The notes beneath the pieces are model-generated. The model worked only from the letters and a program-made list of their open reading frames with translations, was not told where the DNA came from and did not search any database. From Octopus vulgaris (taxonomy: Eukaryota): a stretch of DNA of 64,000 nt. Below are positions 44,189 through 57,790 of the stretch, one piece after another (within the stretch, counting starts at the first letter, position 1; each line of letters starts with the position of its first letter). The DNA lies in the NCBI GenBank assembly GCA_951406725.2, contig OX597818.1, positions 114,638,001-114,702,000 on the forward strand, given 5' to 3'. The position numbers were made by a program, and so were the translations under genes.

Positions 44189-44588
44189 AGCCAGATCGGA
44201 ACAGATATTTTCACGAGGCATTTCTGTCCCTGCCTCGGCAATATCTGACCTAAAATTTTCAAATCATCGCACTCGCGCCAAATTTATCGGCAGCAAATAA
44301 ATATAAGCCGCCGATTCCATTACGGAATTAACCAGAAAATTCATAATTAATCAATATAGGGTGGCAAAAAATTTTGTAGAATTTTTTTGCCACCAGCGGC
44401 CTAGTGGGAAAAAATTAAATAGTCATAGACTATTTTTAAGTTCAACATCACAATCAAGGAACGGCCATAATAGGCCATTCACCCACTAGAAATAACAGCC
44501 AAAGCTTCAACCGCAAAATAACATTAATTCCGTAAACCAGGAGAAAATTAAAAAACATTTACCCTGTAATTTCTTATACGATGCACCG

Positions 44589-44654
<66 letters not shown>

Positions 44655-44711
44655 GGACATGTACTTGCATATCGAGTGCCTTGATCTGAGATCGTGTGCT
44701 GGAACGAAAAT

Positions 44712-44934
44712 AATTGCAGCATGGAAGGTGTTTATAAGCCATTTAAGAACCACACAAAACCGTTAGATTCACTTCAACATTTAAATTTAATTTGTCAAAA
44801 TATTTTCGTCGCTTTGAGACCGTGACCTGTTCACTGACAAAACTTCGTGCTGCACGAATTAAATTTAAATGTTGAAGTGAATCTAACGGTTTTGTGTGTT
44901 TCTTAAATGGCTTATAAACACCTTCCACGCTGCA

Positions 44935-44937
<3 letters not shown>
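44712..44937. repeat. foldback element with ~80-bp inverted arms
   Basis: AATTGCAGCATGGAAGGTGTTTATAAGCC...AAATTTAATT (44712-44792) is the reverse complement of 44857-44937. Confidence 0.9.
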
Positions 44938-44978
<41 letters not shown>

Positions 44979-45979
44979 TAATCGAAACGAGAAAACAGAA
45001 AAAACAACAACACTAGGAGGTGGAACAATTAAAGTATTATTATTAGGCGCTCAGGAAAACGGGAAGAAGGAGGGTATGACGTTTCGAGCGGAGGTCTTCG
45101 TCGGAAACATAAGAGAAGGAAAGATCCCGAGGCGGGCGAACAGAGGGAAAAAAAACGCGACTGGTTTTTACGAAGTAAACATGCTGAAAGGCCGGAAGTT
45201 TTGGACAACAGGGGCTGGTTTTTAACGACAGGAGAGCGGAAAAAAGAAGGTTGGTAACAACTCGATGAATGGGAAGAATAATGTGTATGTGTGAGTGTGT
45301 ACGTGTGCCTGTGTGTATGTGTGTGTAAGGCGAGATAAAAAAATATGTATATGTTAGTGCGTGCGTCTGTGTGTAAGTGTGTGTACGAAGGGCGAAAGGT
45401 GGTCGACATAGCAGTCGCAGGTCAGTGGTCAGTGGTAAAAGAAGGAAGGAGGGAATGTGTGGGGGCGTATGTACGTCCCGTGTGTGTGTTGAGTTGTAGT
45501 GTGCGTAGTTGTATGTATGGCAAGTAAATTTGAAGTGTGTGTAAGTGTATTGTATATATATATATGCAAATGTGTGTGTGTGAGTGCGTGGGAGTGAGTG
45601 TATGTATGGGTGTGCGTGTGTGTACAAAAGGTAGGGGTATTATATGTGTGTGTATATATAAGCATGCAAGGAAACGAACTGCAACTGACGGAAAGATGGA
45701 AAAATGCTCCCGCGGTGACAGGCGTAAGAGAAACCCAAGAAACACGCTGGCCCCAGATACGAACAAGAGATCTAGTCGGAACCCACGGGCGTGGTGCATG
45801 CATGTATGTATGCGTGCGCGAACGCGCACATGCATGTATGTGCGCGCGCCTGCGAGTGTGTGTGTAAGTATGTGTGTGTGTGGATACAAAGTTATTAAAT
45901 TCCACACGGGTAGATATAGAGGAAAAATAAAAGTTTGAAAATGGACTGAGAATAGTTACAATATTTTTTATTAGTATAT

Positions 45980-46976
45980 TGTTGTGAATGGTTCAGCTGG
46001 TACAGTACTTCTATGACCTACTTTTCTTAGGGAGGAGTCTGGAAGTCTGGAATAAAAAGTTATAGTCCTTTGTTCACGGAAGAGTGATGGCTTTTGGAGG
46101 GACTCCTCCCTTTTGCCGGTCAAGAAAAGGTCAGGGAAACTACCTTATAAAATGGAGCTGGGAGTCTGTAGATCAGTTCCGGTCGGAGAGATTGAGAGAC
46201 AGTCAGTATTTGGAGTTCAAGGCAAGCAGTCGGCGGTTTGGAGTTAGCGGCTGGTTTGTTCTGCTGTGACAGAGAGATATACAGAGGAATAGGCGGCTGA
46301 TAGAGAGGAACTACAATATGAGACATTGGCTAATGTAACGGTACGTGTTGTGAATTGTAACGTGAATTGTTGTATTGATATGTGAAGAAAAAGAAGGAAA
46401 TGGTTGTGGTATTTATGTAAAAGAGAACTGTGTAATGAACATTGTTTATGTTGTTGATGGTTATAAAAAAAGGGCTAAAAAGAACAGTGCTAAAGAAATG
46501 AGACAGTGAAAAGAATCGATGTATCGAAATGTAAAAGAACTCTGAACTTATTTGTCTATGAACATTGTATATGCCTTTAATGTGATTTGAAACAGAACTG
46601 TTGTCTCCGGACGTGTACTCTTGAAATGATGTTGTTATTGAATTTGATGTGTTGTTACCGGACAGTTTAAATGCTTTGATCTGTGGTATACCTGTATGAT
46701 GTATTGAGTTGTTACTTGCATGTCCTCTTTTAAATGTATCTGATGTATTTTACATTGTATTTGATGTTGTAACTATTGTCATAAACTAGTGTTAAATGTA
46801 AGCCAATTGCCTTGCCTCTTTGTGTCTCGATTGCCTCTGTGCTGCTGCTGCTGTTGTTGTTGTATCTCTCTCTCCTCTCCGAGTTTCCGTGGCGAACATT
46901 CGCTGCATCGAACGGGCCTGTGTGAGGGATTCCATAACAGCTTTCGTTCGACGGAGGTCCCCCCCCCCTCGTAACA
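45980..46976. mobile_element. solo LTR (probably Gypsy-type), 997 bp
   Basis: Begins TGTTG, ends TAACA (TG...CA, inverted TGTT/AACA), flanked by the direct repeat ATAT (45976-45979, 46977-46980); contains TATAAAA and AATAAA; no coding region. Confidence 0.8.
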
Positions 46977-47379
46977 ATATTTAGATATTTAACCGGTTTC
47001 ACAATTTACACTGATTTTTAATAAGTTGAAATAGAAAAACGTGGCTTATGTCGCAGCTATCTGGCTTCTGACTACTGTTTGAAGTTTGCGCTATCTTTAT
47101 AGGGAGTTCATGGCGCAACTTAGAATGTTTTGAACAGGTTTGATCGGTAGAGGATAGTCACATAACTCGTCATAGAAACCTTTGTAGGTTTCCCACCAAG
47201 TCCGTGTGTTAGTATGAAGTCACAATGTTTGGTGAAAATGGTTAGAGTGAGCATGTTTAATTACAAATTAAAGCACACTAAATTTCATCTGTCTGGTGGG
47301 AGAGTAAGCAGGAGTTGTTTGTATGTAATCCAGTGGCTAAAGGTTAGTTCCTCATTTTAAGTGGCAGAATGAGTTCTGT

Positions 47380-48529
47380 GTGTGAATAGTTATTTGCGTA
47401 TGTACTCTGTTAAAGTTTATGTCTGGGTTTGTACTTTTGTGTGAAAGTAATCTCTTTGTTTATCCGTGCTTCATGTGTACTATTCACTGAACACAAGTAT
47501 AGTAGGAAAACCTGGAATTTGGGGGACTTATCTTTTGCACGCATGTCTGTGTCCACACAGTGGAATCTGTCTAGTACTGGTTTCTCATATTTATTGTCAG
47601 TGAATGGTCAGTCTTTTTTAAGTGTAAACTTTGATTGGCCTATGTAATCTTCATTATATACTTGACATGTGATAGCACTTATTAAATTTCTTGACAAGCA
47701 TGTAAAGTAATTTTTTACGGTAACAATCTCTTCTGATTTAAATTTATATGTTGTGTCTTCAATAAGATATAAATTTCACTACTGGGGCAGCCACACCCTT
47801 TGACTGTTGGTGTAGGAGTTATAGAAGCTAATTTAGCACATGTAAGGAATTTTTTGAGAAACTGTCATTGTTTTTTTACTTTTCATTATTTAGTGTATTT
47901 CGAACGCTTTTTCCATTCTTGGGGCCTGTCTTAGTAGTGGGATGTTCTGCTGGATAATATTGTAAACCTCTGTATTTCTTGAGTTTTTGTAATTTCTTGG
48001 ATGATTGTATTTCTTGTGTGTTGTAATAAAGGGTAGATTATTGGATGTATGTGGAGCGATTTTCGTTTTTCATAGTTCTTCGATAGTTATTGCTTTGGCA
48101 CTTTCTATTCCGTTGTCTATAAACTTTAATAGATATTGTCTTTTAAGTAGTATTTGTTTTAGTTCCTCGATTCTTTTATTGCGAGTTTCAAGGTTTGAGA
48201 CAATTATGTAGATTCCTCTAGCTAGATTAAAGGGAGTATTATTCTTCATGTGTTTGGGATTGCTGGGGAGAACAGTAAGTATTGTTTAGAATTTGTTTGT
48301 TTATAGTGAATGTTTGTTTCGATGTTTTTATCTCTTTTGGTTATTAGTACATCCAGGAATGGTAGTTGAGTTTTATTGTATTCCATGGTGAAGTTTATAT
48401 TGTTGTTCATGGTGTTGATTAGATTTTTGAAATTTAGAAGTTGTTCAAATGTGTGCGTTCATAGTATTCGACAATCATCTAGGCAACCTTTGAAGTTTTC
48501 TAGTAGATATTTGTGGAAGTTCAAGCCAT

Positions 48530-48530
<1 letters not shown>
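47380..48530 (-). pseudogene. Penelope-like retroelement RT C-terminus plus GIY-YIG endonuclease, decayed
   Basis: Minus-strand translation CLDDC...INFTMEYNKTQLPFLDVLI...HYKQTNSKQYL, then FTCLSRNLISAITCQVYNEDYIGQS (~47635-47715). Confidence 0.88.
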
Positions 48531-48973
<443 letters not shown>

Positions 48974-50078
48974 TGACTTTCATAATAATACAATTTGGGG
49001 ATCAGGGCTGAAATGTGTTATGAAAAACAAAGTCCGCTAGCGTCAGCACCTAAACCAATAACAAATCAATGGTTTGTCAAATGAACTTTTAGATTATAGG
49101 GGCTCATTTCTAGAATCCAGGTCATAGGTAGTCATTTTCAAGAATCTTGCCGCACGAATCATGACTTATTATCAGGTGCACTGTAATATAAAAAAGAAAA
49201 AAGAATCAAGGTACCTTTTCTTTAGTCATGCATATCAGAAAGTCCCGCGGGCAGCAGCTTACCCGTGACTGTTCTAGGACCTATTGCAAATAGGAATTAA
49301 ATTTCCTTTAAATAATGCAATACCGTCCTAAACATGTTGGTACACGTTGGTTAACTTGGACAAGGATATGGTCTGTGTCATAAAAGGAAAAGGGCTGGTC
49401 ACTATTAGAACGTGTTCGATTAATGGCCTGTTCGATCTTGGTTGATTTACAACTAAGCAACCGTAGCAGTAACAAGAACAACGTCTACAAGTTCAGCAAC
49501 AAAGATCAACCAATGAAGTAGTCACTATAAAATTTTCTGTGCCTGCTAGAAATAATTGCTCGATATTCCAAGTTTTCGAAGGAAGAACACAGTGAACAGA
49601 ATGATCTTAACTGTTCTATTTCTGAATCACACAGAGGATTATCACAGATTGAGTTTCATTACATGACAGCGGATAAACGGCTGCACTGGCTTCACATCAC
49701 GATAATTCTTTAAACAAATTCCTAAATATATTCATATAAGCATCCGTAAGCTTTCCGTTTCGTTCCTTGCATTTTCATTTCCATCTTCTTGTCTCGAATT
49801 TCTGATTCCTCCTCTGCTATATTTATTTTACGTGAAATACATAGAAACAAATACTGATCGATTCGTATACATACATACATACATACATACATACATACAT
49901 ACATACATACATACATACATACATACATACATACATACATGCATACATACATACACACAGACTGACAGACATGCATAGATACACGTATAGATAATCGCTG
50001 ATGAGAAAAGTCGACAAAAAGTTATATTGGACAGAAAACGCTATTTACATTATATAAGATAAACGTATGTGTACATAA

Positions 50079-50204
<126 letters not shown>

Positions 50205-50828
50205 TATAGTCTTTCTCTCTCTTACTGACTCTCTTGATATATATATATATATATATATATATACGTACACACATCATCACATCATTTATGAACACATTAC
50301 GTATGTATGCATATATATGAGTATATACGGACATATGTATGTATGTATTATCTCCGTATGTGGATAACTTTCGCCCCTGTAGGATAATAGAAACATTAAC
50401 ATTTCATCGCTGAAACTAAGAAACCGGTACTTGAAACACAAATATCTCGGAATACAAATTTGTCTGGGATTTTGTCTGTCCCCCAGTTGTGCACAGGTTT
50501 CTTCGTCACTCTCACCATCGTACACACATTCAGTAAACTATTGACTGGCTTGCAGGAAAAATTGTATCTAACCATGATAGTTATCAAAGATTACAAAATA
50601 AAACTAAGAAATAAATAAATAAGATTTTATATGCCTGAAGTGACATTGTGGAGAAATCAAAACGTGACTGACGGATCCGTGACAATCTGTCTTCAACGAA
50701 GCGAAGAATCTAAATAACATTTGCAACTATATTGTGTATATTCTAAACACGGTTTTCTTATTGGAGCTATCAGGTCGAAGAACGATCCCTGGCGATTCCG
50801 GTGACAAGCGCTATATATATACATATAT

Positions 50829-50925
<97 letters not shown>

Positions 50926-51165
50926 GAGTTTATATATATTTAATTATTTAATCGTTTACATTTCATTTTTTGCTTGTTTCAGTCATTGGACTGCGGTCAC
51001 GCTGGAGCACCGCTTTGGAAGGGTTTTTTGTTAATTGAAGATATTCTATCGTCACATTTGTCGAACCGCTAACTTACGGAGATGTAAACAATCCATTCAC
51101 AACACACATATACACACACATACATATATACATACATACATCTATATATATATATACATGTATAT

Positions 51166-51221
<56 letters not shown>

Positions 51222-51874
51222 TATATAGATATATATATACATACATCTGTTTGTGTGTATATACACACAAATGCTAATATCGGACAGAAATAATGAGTGT
51301 TAACACCACATTGGTAAATAAATATGTTCTTTTTTTGCGGGCTAACAAGGCTACCGATGGTTTCGTACTTAGTGATTTTCCCAATTGTTCAAGCGTATCA
51401 CATCGAAGTGTTGATATTCGTCTCCATATACGACTTTGATCAACCCAGTGATATACGAGAATCCACTTACGGACTAGAGATATACGAGAAGACATTTACC
51501 CAAATTGCCACGCAGTGAGACTGAACCGAGAACCATGTGAGTGAGAAGCAAAAACCTTATCACACAGGACCATTTGTGTTCAGCGACGCCAATATAAATG
51601 CATATTTGTATATCTCACACGAAACTGTAAATTATGTGACCTGTACCTGTCTGTGACTATCACTATCTTTCGTCAGCGTAGTATATCGTAGAACATAAAC
51701 AATTTTTGCAACTAAAGTTCATTGCTTTCTTACTTGATCTAATGACTAACGATTCGTGGAAATTTCTGTAAGCAGTTTGCAGTCTCGTGAATCCTCGTTT
51801 TTGATCTCCCACGAGAATTTTAATGTATGTATGTATGTATGCGTCTCCCGCGAATAGGAAAGTATATGAGTGTA

Positions 51875-51916
<42 letters not shown>

Positions 51917-52067
51917 TATTTACACACTCACAGAGACAAACACACAGACATACGTGTGTATACGCGCGTACGTTTGTGTGCATAAGCATATAACGTACGA
52001 GAGTGTAGATATGATCCCGACAATATTTATATTCTCGAATCTCTTCTTTAGCGAATCGAAACTTTGG

Positions 52068-52189
<122 letters not shown>

Positions 52190-52243
52190 AGGAGGAGGAG
52201 GAGGAGGAGGGAAGAAGAAGAAGAAGAGGAGGAGGAGAAAGTA

Positions 52244-52331
<88 letters not shown>

Positions 52332-52717
52332 AAGAAGAAGAAATAATGCACTTAGAAAAAGTTAAGAAGCAGTTAATATTATTTAATGGTTGAACGATTC
52401 CCTGTGTCCTCAACTATACCATATCTGTAACTGACAATGTTTTTCATCTGCTAGCTTGGACTTTCACCTGAATTTTGTGGTTTGAATTGTCATCACTTCG
52501 ATTTTTCGCTTTAAAAAGTCTCGGATTACCATTTTAGATTTGTCGAACAGAGATTTTATCAGAAATTTAACATCAAAGTAGAAAATCAAAGGCAAGGGTA
52601 ATGAGCGCTTAGTGTGATTAAAAGATGGGATAATTTCAACCACACAGGTGTTTTAGAAACTATCATGACCACGAAAATATATTCTTTTCTTTTCGTTGTT
52701 TATGCTTGAGTTTTGTG

Positions 52718-53035
52718 AAGGCGCCTGGCTCAGTGGTTAGAGCGTCAGGCTCACAATCATGGGTTAGCGAGTTCGATTTCCAGACGAGCTGTGTGTTGTG
52801 TTCTTGTGCAAGACACCTTATTTCACGTTGCTCCAGTTCACTCATATGTAGAAATGTGTCGCGGCTTCACTGGTGCCATACTATATCGGCCTTTGCCTTT
52901 CATTTGAATAACACTGGTGGAACGGAGAGGGGGGGTAAATATGCATGGGAGGCTGCTGGTCTTCCATAAGCAACCTTGTGCGGAGGGTAACTTTCTAGGT
53001 GCAATCCCATGGTTATTTATGACCGAAGGAAGCCT
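52718..53035 (+). mobile_element. SINE family D
   Basis: GGCGCCTGGCTCAGTGGTTAGAGCG...GAGTTCGATTTCC head; shared tail with 32898-33222. Confidence 0.8.
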
Positions 53036-54147
53036 TTGCTGTTTTACTTGATTTTAGAGGTACACCAGATCATTATACATTGTTTCCTGGCTATCAAATA
53101 GATAGATAAATAACTAAAAATTGGGACCAAATTGAAAGCAATTGACAAGTGTTTCATGAAAGTTTTCATAACCCCATACTCCACAAATTGTTATGAACAC
53201 CTCCTGACATACAATGTAGATTAATCACCGAATAAGATCTCCTTAATCTAGTCTGAATAATTGAAAATTAAATCAATAATGTGATTGCACGTCAACGATC
53301 TTGAATATTTATCACCGTATGATATTCTTTTAAACGATTGTCAAACGAAAATTCTTCTTGACATTACTTCTGAGACCCCTTTGAATAGAGCTGTAAGAGA
53401 ACGGAAGTACCTATAAAGCGTATGATTGAACTGTAGACTGAAAACGAATGAAAACAAATTATAAACTTTTAAATGTTTTTCGCTGAATCCTTGGCCATCC
53501 ATGTCCCCGAGGTCGGCAAATTAGTTTGCATTTTAAATTAACTGTAAGTCTTTTGAAAGGTATCATGACCAAGAAAGCTCTGGTGTATTTCTTGTTCTCA
53601 CATTCTTTAGAGTTGAGTGATTAGTTATACTGTGCCATTTTTATAGATATTTTGATAGATATTTTCCTTAAATATTTAAAACAATATGTACATATCCAAG
53701 GTATTCACAGTAAAATACCAAATACCAAAATATGTTACAAAATATATTTTAAGAAATTTTATACACCATTTAAATGCCAAAGGAACGTGTAAATCACGCT
53801 GGACAGTGTGTAGGGTAATTTGTAGGGAATTTAATAAGTTAGCACGCGAGTTTATTTAAGTCCGCTACATGACAACGAAAGTAAAAAGCGATTGATATTA
53901 AAGAGGCGCATGTTGGACATCTTATAAGCTTTTCCGCTGTCAACCTTCATTTCTGTGTGGTAATGAAAGTATATAATAGAGAATATCCTTGAACGTTAAA
54001 CATATTAAGCGGGATCAGTTGGACAGTCTCAATTTCCAGCATGACATAACTGAGTTCAAAACATCATCTCCTTAGGCCTGAGGAAAGTGTATAGATGTTT
54101 AAATCGACCTTCGTACTTCAGTGGTACATATGTTGTTGATCTTACTA

Positions 54148-54367
54148 TTTTACTCTTTTACTAGTTTCAGTCATTTGACAGTGGCCATGGTGGAGCACCG
54201 CCTTTAGCCGAGCAAATCGACCCCAGGACTATTCTTTGTAAGCCTAGTACTTATTCTATCGGTCTCTTTCGCCGAACCGCTAAGTTACGGGGACGTAAAC
54301 ACACCAATATCGGCTGTCAAGCGACGATGGGGGAACAAACACAGGCACACAAACATATACACACACT

Positions 54368-54435
<68 letters not shown>

Positions 54436-54621
54436 TATATGTATATATATATATACATATATACGACGGGCTTCTTCCAGTTTCCGTCTACCAAATCCAC
54501 CCACAAGGCTTTGGTCGGCCCGAGGCTATAGTAGAAGACACTTGACCAAGTTGCCACGCAGTGGGACTGAACCCGGAACCATGTGGTTCGTAAACAAGCT
54601 ACTTACCACACAGCCACTCCT
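54148..54621 (-). mobile_element. SINE family A, full length
   Basis: Reverse complement of 4595-5010 with an expanded internal (TA)n. Further partial copies at ~11901, 12940, 14122, 28595, 34625, 50968. Confidence 0.88.
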
Positions 54622-55287
54622 GAGCCTTAGCTGGGAAAAGAAAAGCGAATCCGAGTTTAGCAAGATTAGAACTGTAACAAAATACTGCAAAACAATTTGT
54701 TCGACACGAATAATTAATGATTCAATTCATACAAAGTCCTGCTTAGTCCCAGTTCAATCCTGTTCGAGCAGTTCTATATGACCAGTGACATTCCACATAT
54801 GACTATTCCGCCATTTTTGATCATGTGAAAAACAACCATGATTTGATGTATTGTTTTCATATTTAAGAAGTTATGATGTGAAATGAGAGAGTTTCTGCAG
54901 CCATTTCAAGATGGTTGAATGATCACATCGAAATCCCAGGATATAAGAATTTTGGCAAAGAGAACCAGATTTTCTGGTTTTATTACTTTTGAGAGATGAT
55001 GGAAGAGATAACCGTCATCAAATTAAATTTACAGAGAGCAGGATTGAGAACCGGTTTGTTTTTATCATATCTCAGTTTGTTACCAGAGTCACTACACATA
55101 TGCACGCACACACACACATGCAAAAATACACACATACACATACATATAAATATCTGTGTATACATATACATATATACACGTCTGTTTCTGTTCCTGATTA
55201 TATGTACTAAGTAATGTATACATCTAATTTCTCTCTCACACACTCTGTTTCATATATAATAATAATAATAATATTAATAATAATAAC

Positions 55288-55342
<55 letters not shown>

Positions 55343-55344
55343 TG

Positions 55345-55610
55345 ACAACAAAAGAATGGATGAGACCTCAATGTTATGTAAAATAGAGGAATTTATCTAT
55401 AAACATAATATGAGACAATTAGTTGGTGGTCATAATAAAACTCAGAGTTTCGGATACCGGGGAGGAAATCTGCTCCGGCATCTCAGATATTAAGCTTTTG
55501 TTTTGTCTTAATAACTGATGAGAAGCCAGAGTAGACTTTATCCCCAGTACCCGAAACTCTGAGTTTTATTATGACAACCAACTAATCGTCACATATTATA
55601 TATATCGATA
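55345..55610. mobile_element. foldback relative of the 42330-43455 family with a hammerhead at 55509-55571 (+)
   Basis: TAATAA-CTGATGA-GAAGCC...TACCC-GAAAC-TCTGA-GTT-TTATTA; inverted arm at ~55405-55485; upstream flank matches 42310-42375. Confidence 0.75.
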
Positions 55611-55764
55611 GATGGATGTATTCGTTAACAGAATAATAGTTCTTACTATTTTTCGCTTGATGTTCGGAAAGGAGAAAATTACAAATCGTGTGATTAATTT
55701 TTTTAATCATTTCTCACTCTCATACGCTGACACATTCGAACTAGTTTTCTCACCGCTGTTAATA

Positions 55765-56079
55765 CTGCTACTTAATTTATCGAAAGGATGAAAGGCAAAG
55801 TCGGCCTCGTCTGAATTTGAGCTCGGAACGTGGAGACAGATGAAATACCTTTTTCTTTACTACCCACAAGGGGCTAAATACAGAGAGGACAAACAAGGTC
55901 AGACAAACGGATTAAGTCGATTATATCGACCCCAGTGCGTAACTGGTACTTATTTAATTTACCCCGAAAGGATGAAAGTCAAAGTCGACCTCGGGAGAAT
56001 TTGAACTCAGAACGTAGCGGCAGATGAAATACTGCTAGGCATTTCGCCCGGCGTGCTAACGATTCCACCAGCTCGCCGC
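55765..56079 (-). mobile_element. SINE family C, dimeric form
   Basis: Two cores with the same junction as 15105 and 57377. Confidence 0.82.
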
Positions 56080-56888
56080 TTACATATGTATTAAATAATG
56101 AAGTATACCACTCTGTAGTAAGAGCACCCACAAAAACAAAAAGTGTCACGGAAGAGGTCACAGACGTGTGACAAAAGATTTCCGTACAATGGACATAAGG
56201 TAATATATATATATATATATCCTTTTTCTAATATATTCGTTCTGTGTTGTGCTTAAATATTTAGTACCTCATTCACCCCCGTACACATACACACGCGCAC
56301 ACGTATACACATATGCACAGACGCATATTCAAACGCATATGCAAACATTTTTTTATTTTTATTTCTACATTTTTTTTGATGGGTTGGGGTATAAAAGCAA
56401 ATATGTTTCATATTTTTTTGTCATAGATGTGTGCAGAGTCCGATATAAGTTAATTACATGTAAAGCAAATAGAATTACAAATATTTTTTTTCCTATTTTA
56501 CAATTCTTTTTGTTTCTGGCGTTTTGTAAACAATAAAAGGAACGGCTTCCGAGCAATCAATCTATGTGTTACTGCATTCCCGATGGCGACTGTTAAAGGG
56601 AGATTTTATACATCTTGGTTGGAATAAATAGCGAAAAGGTACTTTTGATGAACGAACCGGTTTATCAGCAATTTCCCGCCCTTGTACACATACGAACAAC
56701 AATGCCAGAGAAACAATTATTCACTTAAGTGTATGTTGTGTTGGAGAGTGTTAGTACCACATGAATAGTACCTCATGGGTTACTAATGTATTAAGTCAAA
56801 GACGCGACATATGTGAGGATCAAGTTAAATGCTTGAAATAGCAGCCAAATTCTCACTACCTCACAGTACACAAATGTATTCATATATG

Positions 56889-57217
56889 CGGAGGCGCAAT
56901 GGCCCAGTGGCTAGCGCAGTGGACTCGCGATCATAAGATCGCGTTTTCGATTCCCAGACCGGGCGTTGTGAGTGTTTATTGAGCGAAAACACCTAAAGCT
57001 CCACGAGGCTCCGGCAGTGGGTGGTGGCGACCCGTGCTGTACCCTTTCTCCAAAGCTTTCTCTCACTTCTTGTTTTTGTTGTCCCTTTATTTCAAAGGGC
57101 CAGCCTTGTAACATTCTGTGTCACGCTGAATCTCTCCAAGAACTACCTTAATGGGAGTGCTCACCCACTTGCACGTTAATTTCACGAGCAGGCTGTTCCG
57201 TTGATTGGAACCCTCGT
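56889..57217 (+). mobile_element. SINE family B
   Basis: CGGAGGCGCAATGGCCCAGTGG head; colinear with the reverse complement of 5070-5444. Confidence 0.85.
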
Positions 57218-57376
57218 GATTTCAATTCCTTGACCTGTAGGTGCGTTGCATTCTTGAGCAAATCGCTACATCTCAGATTGCTCTATGATCACTTTGACAC
57301 CTGACGCGCAGTACACCGTGCACCTGTCCAGGCAACCTCGATATGTTGGAGGGAATGAGATACTCAATGCCACGAA

Positions 57377-57790
57377 AGGCGGCGAGCTGGCAGAATGGTT
57401 AGCACGCCGGGCGAAATGCGTAGCCGTATTTCGTCTGCCGTTACGTTCTGAGTTCAAATTCCGCCGAGGTCGACTTTGCCTTTCATCCTTTCGGGGTCGA
57501 TAGATTAAGTACCAGTTACGCACTGGGGTCGATGTAATCGACTTAATCCGTTTGTCTGTCCCTGTTTGTCTCCTCTGTGTTTAGCCCCTTGTGGGTAGTA
57601 AAGAAATAGGTATTTCGTCTGCCGTTACGTTCTGAGTTCAAATTCCGCCGAGGTCGACTTTGCTTTTCATCCTTTCGGGGTCGATAAATTAAGTACCAGT
57701 TACGCACTGGGGTCGATGTAATCGACTTAATCTGTTTGTCTGTCCCTGTTTGTCCCATCTGTGTTTAGCCCCTTGTGGGTAATAAAGAAA
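57377..57790 (+). mobile_element. SINE family C, dimeric form
   Basis: GGCGGCGAGCTGGCAGAATGGTTAGC head, then the body repeated (57426-57609 vs 57610-57790); ATACTCAATGCCACGAA occurs on both flanks as a probable TSD. Confidence 0.9.

Larger units (their letters stand above)
43474..44594 (-). repeat. 487-bp x 2.3 tandem array, retrozyme-like
   Basis: Units start at 43474, 43961 and 44448 (TCACAATCAAGGAACGG); near-identical; flanked by (TA)n; one hammerhead per unit. Confidence 0.95.

Noticed and set aside
43474-44594. CRISPR array or protein-coding repeat
   Set aside because: Whole 487-bp units repeat with no unique spacers, and no ORF of 60 aa or more lies within the unit.
50400-50540. ECVYDGESDEETC peptide on the minus strand resembling an LDL-receptor class A motif
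   Set aside because: Cysteine spacing does not fit, there is a stop just upstream, and no convincing splice pair or neighbouring exons.
56889-56965. tRNA gene (also the heads at 4595, 39643, 52718)
   Set aside because: A/B-box-like motifs are present, but each continues into a multi-copy SINE body or is truncated, with no full cloverleaf.
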